Shown here in pieces: positions 24,693-32,000 of a stretch of DNA of 32,000 nucleotides. Both the position numbers and the translations under genes were made by a program. Under the pieces are notes generated by a model. It saw only the letters and a list, made by a program, of their open reading frames with translations, was not told the origin of the DNA and did not search any database. Position 1 is the first letter of the stretch. Each line of letters starts with the position of its first letter. Source of the DNA: an uncultured archaeon (lineage in GTDB: Archaea > Asgardarchaeota > Jordiarchaeia > Jordiarchaeales > Jordiarchaeaceae); assembly GCA_964510585.1 (NCBI GenBank), contig CAZECW010000062.1, positions 30,001 to 62,000 on the forward strand, given 5' to 3'.

Positions 24693-26363
24693 ATGGAGAA
24701 ACCGTGGTACAATTCTTGGCCGAAGGGCCTTCCCAAAACATTAGATTATCCGAATATTCCCCTTCACCAGACTTTGGATGATACTGCAAAGAGACTCCCC
24801 AACAAAACATCTTTGATATACTATGGCACCGAAATACCCTTCAAAGAGGTTAAGGAAAACGCGGATAAGTTCGCGACGGTATTGGCAGAGATGGGCGTGA
24901 AAAAGGGTGACCGGGTCTGCCTGTATCTGGAAAACTCGCCTCAGTTTGTAATGGCCTACTATGGAGCCCTAAAGGCAGGAGCTATCGTGGTTCCAGCTAA
25001 CCCCATGTTTAAAGAAATGGAGCTGGAATACCAACTCAGTGATTCTGGTTCAGAAACAATAGTTGCACTAGACCACCTATATCCTTATGTCGAAAAGGTG
25101 AGAGACAAGGTCGGCCTCAAAAATGTGTTCATAACCAACATAGGAGAATATTTCCCAGAAGAGCCAACACTACCCATAATGGATGCTCTAAAAGTGGAAA
25201 AAAAGACCTATCCCAAAACAATCGACTTCCTGGAGAAACTCGAAGAAACCAAACCAAACCCACCGAAACTAGAATTCAATCCCAAGGAAGACTTGGCACT
25301 ACTACAATACACCGCTGGAACCACAGGCATGCCCAAGGGGGCGATGATCACACACAGTAACATTATGACGAATGTTTACGGAGGCTCCAAGTGGGTGGGA
25401 ACCACTGATAAAGATATCAGCGTGGGGGTGCTTCCCTTCTTCCACGCAACGGGCATGGTACATAGTATGTGTAACCCCATACTGGTGGGCGCAACCAGCG
25501 TAGTGTTGGCACGGTTCGACCTTGCGGCGTTTCTTGAAGCCATAAGCAAGTACAGGTGTACACTCTGGGTGGGCATAACCACCATTGCCGTCGCCATTGC
25601 CATGTTTGCCGACCCAAAAAAGTATGACATGACATCCCTACGATGCAGCTTCGCGGGCGGTGCTCCTCTAGGCCAGGAGGTCATAAAGAAATACAAGGAG
25701 ATAACTGGTAGTGACATGATTGAGGGCTATGGCTTGTCCGAATCTATTTCACAGCTCACCATTAATCCTGTTGATAAGCCCAAGTATGGTTCGGTTGGCA
25801 TCCCAGTATTCGATGTTGACGCCAAAGTCGTTGACAGTGAAACGGGCACCAAGGAGTTAGGATTTGACCAAGAGGGAGAACTCATATTTAAGGGACCGCA
25901 GATTATGAAGGGCTACTGGAAAAATCCGGAGAAAACAAAGGAAACACTTAGAGATGGGTGGCTCTACACTGGTGACATTGGAAAAATGGATAAGGACGGG
26001 TACATCTGGATAGTGGGACGCAAGAAGGAGATGATAAATGTTTCAGGATACAAGGTGTGGCCCTTTGAGGTTGAAGATTTCCTATACAAACATGAGGCGG
26101 TACAAGAGGTAGGAGTTGTAGGAGTACCTGATGAGTACAGGGGTGAAACAGTTAAGGCGGTTATTGTACTTAAACCAGAATATAGGGGCAAAGTGACTGA
26201 GGAGGACATAATTAAGTGGGCTAAGGAGAAGATGGCGGCCTACAAGTATCCGAGAATCGTTGAATTCAAAGACTCGCTGCCAAAGAGCGGCGCGGGCAAG
26301 ATTCTACGAAGGGTTCTATTGGAGGAACACTTGGAGAAAATGAAAAAATCAAAAGGTAATTAA
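24693..26363 (+). CDS. fadD: Long-chain acyl-CoA ligase (ANL family), paralog 1
   Basis: YTAGTTGMPKG, EGYGLSE, LYTGDIG, GRKKEMI, LPKSGAGKILRR. ATG 24693 follows GGAGG; the ORF extends to 24582. Confidence 0.93.
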   Translation: MEKPWYNSWPKGLPKTLDYPNIPLHQTLDDTAKRLPNKTSLIYYGTEIPFKEVKENADKFATVLAEMGVKKGDRVCLYLENSPQFVMAYYGALKAGAIVVPANPMFKEMELEYQLSDSGSETIVALDHLYPYVEKVRDKVGLKNVFITNIGEYFPEEPTLPIMDALKVEKKTYPKTIDFLEKLEETKPNPPKLEFNPKEDLALLQYTAGTTGMPKGAMITHSNIMTNVYGGSKWVGTTDKDISVGVLPFFHATGMVHSMCNPILVGATSVVLARFDLAAFLEAISKYRCTLWVGITTIAVAIAMFADPKKYDMTSLRCSFAGGAPLGQEVIKKYKEITGSDMIEGYGLSESISQLTINPVDKPKYGSVGIPVFDVDAKVVDSETGTKELGFDQEGELIFKGPQIMKGYWKNPEKTKETLRDGWLYTGDIGKMDKDGYIWIVGRKKEMINVSGYKVWPFEVEDFLYKHEAVQEVGVVGVPDEYRGETVKAVIVLKPEYRGKVTEEDIIKWAKEKMAAYKYPRIVEFKDSLPKSGAGKILRRVLLEEHLEKMKKSKGN

Positions 26364-26390
26364 GGTTTTTGGATACGTTTCAATTCAAGT

Positions 26391-26496
26391 AGCCGTTTCA
26401 CGATATAGTTTCGCCTAATCGACAGAACTCCAATAAGTTTATAGGCGCAGCTCCCTCTGGAAGTGTCATATCGCTTGAAACGGCTTTCCTTTTTTT
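26391..26496 (+). other. Extended stem-loop followed by T7 (structured 3' UTR, terminator or small RNA)
   Basis: AGCCGTTTCA-CGATAT (26391-26406) pairs with ATATCG-CT-TGAAACGGCT (26468-26485). Inner stem CGCCTA/TAGGCG; T-run at 26490-26496. Confidence 0.5.
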
Positions 26497-26772
26497 CTAT
26501 AATATATAAATGGTCAAGTTAATTGATAAAGCGGCATATAAATTACAAAATGCCATTTTAACTTGAGTACTCGCATAAAAATCAATTACTTAGAAGATAG
26601 TTTGAAGACAACCAATTAATTTGGGAATAGTTTCTATTGCGTGATGACCGTGTTTTTCAGTTTGAGGAGAAGACCTGTTTCCTTTGGTTAGCTACTAGTA
26701 TGAAAAAACGTTAAATATGTAATACAATTTAATTTGAGTTTAGAAAAATTTTTTGTTGAGAAGATGTTTGTG

Positions 26773-28413
26773 ATGGAGAGACCGTGGTTTAAATCTTGGC
26801 CTAAGGATTTGCCGAAGTCACTTGACTATCCTGAAGTTCCCATATTCACTTTTCTTGAGAACACAGCCAGAAGGGTACCAAAAAAGAAGGCAATAATTTT
26901 CTACGGATACGAAGTCACCTACGGAGAATTGAATGAGTGGAGTGACCGTTTCGCCAACGCGCTTGCCAGTATGGGTGTCAAAAAGGGGGATAGAGTAGGA
27001 CTTTTCCTGGAGAATTGTCCACAGTTTATTGTTGCCTACTATGGTGCATTAAAGGCGGGCGCGATTCTGGTTCCCATAAACCCTATGTTTAAAGAGATGG
27101 AGGTGGAGAGTCAACTCAACGATTCGGGAACGGAAACACTGGTCACGCTAGATTTTCTCTATCCTACAATTAGAAATGTGAGGAAAAACACGAAACTGAG
27201 AAACATTATTGTAACAAGTTACAGAGACTTTTTGCCAGAAAAACCCACACTCCCCACGCACATATCCATGGAATATGAGAAGGAAAAATTTCCGGAAACC
27301 GTCGAGTTTACTGAACTCCTTAAAAAGTATGAGGCGAAGCCACCCAAGGTTAGTATCGAGCCTAAAGAGGATTTAGCCCTTCTCCAATACTCTTCAGGAA
27401 CCACAGGTGAACCCAAGGCAGCAATGATAACCCACTACAACGCTGTGGTAAACATTGTGGGCGGTGTGAAGTGGGCAAAAGTCGTAGAAGACGACATAGT
27501 GCTTTCTGTTTTGCCACTGTTCCATGTTTTGGGAATGCAGCAAACCATGAACTGCTCAATATATATGGGAAACACTATAGTTCTTCTTTCACGTTTCGAC
27601 TTGGAAGCAATACTGAAAGGCGTGGAGATGTACAAGTGCACCATTATGGTTAGTATAGCGCCCATAGATCAAGCCATCGCCACGTATCCCTACTCTAAAA
27701 ATTATGACTTGAGCTCCCTTCGACTCTGCGTGTCTGGAGGGGCACCGGTTCCACTGAGTGTTTTTGAAAAATTCAAAGAAGTAACAGGCTGCGAGTTACT
27801 TGAAGGGTACGGTCTCAGCGAAACAATCTCCCAAGTCACCATTAACCCCCTTGATAGACCCAAACGTGGCTCAGTGGGAATCCCAGTATTCGACGTAGAC
27901 GCTAAAATAGTGGACATAGAGACTGGCACCAGGGAGTTGGCACTGGGCGAGGAGGGAGAAATCATTTTTAAGGGGCCCCAAGTAATGAAGGGCTACTGGA
28001 ACCAGCCTGAGTTAACCAAGGCCACAATTCGGGACGGTTGGATTTATACTGGAGACATTGCCAAGATGGATGAGGACGGTTACATATACATTGTGGGACG
28101 AAAAAAGGAAATGCTCATAGTTTCCGGCTACAAGGTTTGGGCCGCTGAAGTCGAACAACTATTAAAGAAGCATCCAGCAGTATACCAGGCAGCCATAGTG
28201 GGAGTACCAGATCCCCAGCTAGGGGAGAGAGTCAAAGCATACGTGGTACTCAGACCAGACTACAAGGATAGAATAACTGAAGAAAAGCTCAAAGAGTGGG
28301 CTAAAAGAAAAATGGCAGACTACAAGTGTCCCAAAGAAATAGAGTTCGTAAACCAGCTGCCAAGAAGCGGGTCCGGAAAAATACTGAAAAGAATGCTAAC
28401 CCACAAACCATAA
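26773..28413 (+). CDS. fadD: Long-chain acyl-CoA ligase (ANL family), paralog 2
   Basis: YSSGTTGEPKA, EGYGLSE, IYTGDIA, LPRSGSGKILKR. MERPW start mirrors MEKPW of paralog 1; the ORF extends to 26734. Confidence 0.93.
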   Translation: MERPWFKSWPKDLPKSLDYPEVPIFTFLENTARRVPKKKAIIFYGYEVTYGELNEWSDRFANALASMGVKKGDRVGLFLENCPQFIVAYYGALKAGAILVPINPMFKEMEVESQLNDSGTETLVTLDFLYPTIRNVRKNTKLRNIIVTSYRDFLPEKPTLPTHISMEYEKEKFPETVEFTELLKKYEAKPPKVSIEPKEDLALLQYSSGTTGEPKAAMITHYNAVVNIVGGVKWAKVVEDDIVLSVLPLFHVLGMQQTMNCSIYMGNTIVLLSRFDLEAILKGVEMYKCTIMVSIAPIDQAIATYPYSKNYDLSSLRLCVSGGAPVPLSVFEKFKEVTGCELLEGYGLSETISQVTINPLDRPKRGSVGIPVFDVDAKIVDIETGTRELALGEEGEIIFKGPQVMKGYWNQPELTKATIRDGWIYTGDIAKMDEDGYIYIVGRKKEMLIVSGYKVWAAEVEQLLKKHPAVYQAAIVGVPDPQLGERVKAYVVLRPDYKDRITEEKLKEWAKRKMADYKCPKEIEFVNQLPRSGSGKILKRMLTHKP

Positions 28414-28585
28414 AACAATACAATCGTTCCCACCAAACCGACTTAAGCGTCTCCAAAGATTTTTTATAAAAGATTCATCAAATTCCAAATTTTTTAGTCG
28501 CCATTAAAGTTCCTTGCAGAAGTTTTTAAGTAAGTTTGAGGTTAAAATCTTAAAGCAAAAACTGCTTGAGAAGGAGGACTGTATT

Positions 28586-29767
28586 TTGAGTCAAAGAAAG
28601 TATGGTTTCTCAACCCGTTGTGTAAGAGGCGGTGAAACTCCAGACCCTGTTACTGGCTCTGTTGTTACCCCCATACATCAAACCTCAACTTTTCATTTTG
28701 AAAACATGGATGAGGTTCGCTCAGTAGAAGAGGGATTAAAGGAAGGTTACACTTACACAAGATGGGGCAATCCGACTCAGACCGTAGCTGAAAGAAAATT
28801 GGCGGCTATTGAGGGAGGCGAGGATGCTCTTTTGGTATCCTCAGGCATGGCTGCTGTGAGCACCACCATTCTGAGCCTAGTTCAAGCCGGTGAAGAAGTC
28901 ATAGCCACCCGCACACTTTATGGCGGCACACTCCACCTTTTCCAAAGTCTTCTGCCAAGAATGGGAATAAAGGTACACTTTGTAGACAGTGAGAATGTGA
29001 GTCAAGCTGAAAAACTGGTTAATGAAAAAACAAAAGTAATCTACTTTGAAACCCCAACTAATCCAACCCTCAGCCTTGTAGATATAGCTGAAGCGGTAAG
29101 AATCGCAAAAGAAAACAATTTAACCTCAGTGATTGACAACACGTTCGCCACCCCCTACAATCAACACCCACTAGAAATGGGAGTGGATGTAGTGATACAC
29201 AGCGCAACAAAATATTTGGCTGGTCACGACGACGTAACCGCGGGAGTAATAATTGGGAAAAGATTATTCTGCGCCCTAGCTAGGGCGGTGATGGTGCACA
29301 TGGGAAGCTGCATCGACCCCTTCGCCGCCTACCTTCTAATAAGAGGCCTAAAAACACTAGATGTAAGAATGGAAAGACATAACAAAAATGCGCTGGAAGT
29401 GGCAAGATTCCTTGAAAACCACAAAAAGATTAACAGGGTATACTATCCGGGGCTGGAAAGCCACCCCCAACACCAGCTGGCGAAGCGGCAGATGAGCGGG
29501 TTCGGCGGAATGGTAACATTCGACGTAAAAGGCGGAATGGAGGCAGCAATAAACGTTATAGACAGATTCCAGCTCATCCTAAGAGCAGTAAGCCTAGGGG
29601 GAGTACAGTCACTAGCCTGCATGCCCGTGTTAACCTCACACATAGGACACCCCCCAGAAGAACTGGCAAAAGCAGGAATAACCATGGGAATGATAAGACT
29701 ATCGGTAGGAATAGAGAACGCAGAAGACATAATCCAAGACCTAGACCAAGCATTATCAGCCATATAG
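28586..29767 (+). CDS. Cys/Met metabolism PLP-dependent enzyme (cystathionine gamma-synthase/lyase family)
   Basis: YTRWGNPT, SSGMAA, FETPTNP, DNTFATP, PLP-Lys HSATKYLAGH, SLGG, IRLSVGIE. TLYGGT lacks the Cys of Pseudomonas-type methionine gamma-lyase (TLYGCT). TTG 28586 follows AGGAGG. Confidence 0.93.
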   Translation: MSQRKYGFSTRCVRGGETPDPVTGSVVTPIHQTSTFHFENMDEVRSVEEGLKEGYTYTRWGNPTQTVAERKLAAIEGGEDALLVSSGMAAVSTTILSLVQAGEEVIATRTLYGGTLHLFQSLLPRMGIKVHFVDSENVSQAEKLVNEKTKVIYFETPTNPTLSLVDIAEAVRIAKENNLTSVIDNTFATPYNQHPLEMGVDVVIHSATKYLAGHDDVTAGVIIGKRLFCALARAVMVHMGSCIDPFAAYLLIRGLKTLDVRMERHNKNALEVARFLENHKKINRVYYPGLESHPQHQLAKRQMSGFGGMVTFDVKGGMEAAINVIDRFQLILRAVSLGGVQSLACMPVLTSHIGHPPEELAKAGITMGMIRLSVGIENAEDIIQDLDQALSAI

Positions 29768-30402
29768 CAACAAAAAACTCTAGGTTACATAAAGACATTT
29801 CAATTTGCATGGTACACATAGTTACAAAGAGGAATAATAAAGGCCAAAATTACCATTTCTTCAAGAATTTCTCAAGAAGGTGAAATGCGTCCCTAAAAAT
29901 TGATGTATGTGAGGAGTTTTGGAAGTCAGAATCCCTGGATAACTTTTTGGTAATAGAAAAGGAGAAAAGGATACTTGAACTGTTAAGTGAGGGAAAATGT
30001 TTTTGTTAAAGGCGTATAGAAATTAGGAGTATTTCCGTATGATATTTTGCGCATTTAGCAAGGGAAGAAGACATTGTATGGGTAAGATCCGAAAAATGAT
30101 TAGAGAAGAATGACGTTTGTGTTAAAAAAAAGGTAAAGTAACCCTCCCCTCTAGGTCTAGAGTACTATTTCCAGTTTTGTATTCGTCGGGTTCATATTTA
30201 TATTTTGCTTGGGTTCTAGGAGAAACCTTGTATTGATTATGTGGCTGGGTGCTTGTGTGGTTGTTCGGCGTTCTCAAAAAAAGGGGACATCATAATGTTT
30301 CTTTTCCAAAATTTAGAGCCTAAAAGGACAAGGATGCAGGTACCCTAAACCGCCTGAAAAAAGGCAAACCACATAAAAGCAAGGTCTCGTTCCAGGAAAT
30401 AT

Positions 30403-31098
30403 TTAGACGCTGAATATTCTTCCTCTACATTCGAGTTCGTCGTATTTCTCTAGTTTGTAGTCGAATTTTTTCTTTGTGATGATTTCTGAAACAGCGACAT
30501 GAGTTATCAGAGATACGCATTCTTCGCCTCCGATCATACGTGATATTCTTTCCCTCGTAAAGGCTTTGCAGGCATCTCTGAAGGGGCATCTTTCATCCAG
30601 TATCATGACTATTTGATTATTTTCCTCCTTGAGGAAGCGTTCCGGATAAGCTGTTTTGATTGCCTTCGATATGTTCTCAAACTTATCTATAGCTTCGAAT
30701 GCGTCTTCGGTGGATCCAATTAAACCATTTAGTAAGCCACTACTGTGGAGTATGGATTTTATGGCATGAAAGGCGGCTCTTCTTGCTCCTGCTCCTGTAG
30801 ATCCCTGAAGTTTACTTTCCGCCTTGGCTATGCCGTAAATTAAGGCGCAGTATCCTTGGGGATACCTATCCAGATTTTGTAGAATATAGTTTGTAACATC
30901 TTCCAATCCTTGAATGTTCTCGGGTGGCTCTTCCTTCAACTTCTCTGCCTCAAACTCCAGCGCGTATTTTGACGCCATCCTTTTGAAAATGGGGCCGTAT
31001 ATTTTCGCTGTCTCTTCTATCGCACCTTTTATGAAAAGTACATAACTTTTTCTATCCGGCTCGCTTTCCACAATAATCTCATTTTTGCCTCCAAGCAC
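30403..31098 (-). CDS. Hypothetical protein with C-terminal V4R-like Cys domain
   Basis: RCPFRDAC...EECV...ECRGRIF. GTG start after AGGGTGG. Confidence 0.65.
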   Translation of the reverse strand: MLGGKNEIIVESEPDRKSYVLFIKGAIEETAKIYGPIFKRMASKYALEFEAEKLKEEPPENIQGLEDVTNYILQNLDRYPQGYCALIYGIAKAESKLQGSTGAGARRAAFHAIKSILHSSGLLNGLIGSTEDAFEAIDKFENISKAIKTAYPERFLKEENNQIVMILDERCPFRDACKAFTRERISRMIGGEECVSLITHVAVSEIITKKKFDYKLEKYDELECRGRIFSV

Positions 31099-31518
31099 TA
31101 AAATACCACCCTTCTCACATTAAATGAATTAAATAATCCTTTGCTTTATTCTGTTGTTGAAGTAATACTTAAGTTTTACTATTAATAGAAGTATATAAAT
31201 AACTGCTATAAAATTAGGTATTAAATTAATATTGAAAGAAATGGAAAAGTAAAATAATTTTGATTTAAAAATAAAACTACTAGCGGAATCTTAAATTATT
31301 CACATAACACCACTTATTTAAATGACTCCATTAGGAAACACCAAGGCCCAAAAAATAGTTTTAAGCTTCAACTGAGCCCCATGAAAACTCATTGGAAAAA
31401 AGGAGAAATATGGGATTGATTAAAGACCACACATAGAAGCCATAAGTGAAATCAAAAGGAGGTCTCACAAAGCGATCTGCACAAAAAGTTTCGACGCCTA
31501 AAAGTATATTTGAACTAA

Positions 31519-32000
31519 TTATGGATTATAATTTAATCTCTCCTTTTTGAGGGAGAAATTTATTTCGCACACATCATCGCCCTTTACTAGGCTCTTTCGA
31601 ATATGGACATCTGCTTTCAAACCACATGCTTCCGCCCATCCTCGGCTCTATTGTAACAGGCGTACTGGTATAAATTGAGGATTCCCGCCTTCTTGGTGCC
31701 CTCATAACTGGGAAATTTTAATTCTGTAGATCCAAGTGGTGTCGTTCTCTCTAGTTAGTCCTTTTATTTCAAACACGTCTTTTGTGTAAAGGTCTGACAC
31801 TGCTTCAATTATTTCAAAAAAATGTTCTGAAACCCATTTTTGGTCAATGTGGAGTGCACCCAGTAAACGCTTCATTTCCGATTTCTCTATAGATTTGTTG
31901 ACCGGCAGGTTCAGCTTATTGGCTACGTCAAAACCCACTTCCTTTGCGGTGTAAAAGAACCATCCACCATCATGAGACCACCAGTTTATCCGGAGAATTT
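31519..32000 (-). pseudogene. DUF6125 / V4R-like gene with two compensating frameshifts (5' end outside window)
   Basis: NWWSHDGGWFF...GFDVANKLN in frame A, PSYEGTKKAGILNLYQYACYNRA in a shifted frame, then RGWAEACGLKADVHIRKSLVKGDDVCEINF back in frame A, which carries TGA and TAG in between. Confidence 0.7.

Noticed and set aside
29908-30141. Possible decayed wHTH gene (EKRILELLSEG...YFAHLAREEDIVWV)
   Set aside because: Three in-frame stops, no start codon and only a vague pattern match.
1-32000. tRNA, rRNA, CRISPR arrays, IS elements
   Set aside because: None recognised by eye. A tRNAscan-SE/Infernal/ISEScan run would be needed to exclude small or divergent ones.

Overview
Archaeal chromosomal window; the gene content (TrmB-type wHTH, V4R-like proteins, DUF3227-like protein, WtpA, MtrH-like remnant, TATA/BRE promoters) suggests an Asgard- or Bathyarchaeia-like anaerobic heterotroph, which is inference. 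Left end: a tightly coupled minus-strand operon of an effector-less STAND-type ATPase with TPR-like repeats, a 773-aa hendecad (11-residue) coiled-coil protein and a TrmB-wHTH protein with a second hendecad coil. That third gene is absent from the ORF track because it runs off the window. Next come an alpha/beta hydrolase, a two-component locus (DUF3227-like protein, 6-PAS histidine kinase with a recent internal duplication, stand-alone receiver), a membrane-anchored wHTH regulator, a surface glycoprotein and a tungstate/molybdate ABC transporter with a ModE-type operator at its promoter. The right half is catabolic: HhH-family protein, membrane protein, frameshifted epoxide-hydrolase-like gene, tandem V4R-like protein, corrinoid protein plus URO-D-family methyltransferase plus a decayed mtrH-like gene, two paralogous acyl-CoA ligases, a Cys/Met PLP enzyme and two more V4R-like genes (one broken). 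No rRNA, tRNA, CRISPR array or transposase was recognised. All family calls come from visual motif recognition; no searches were run.
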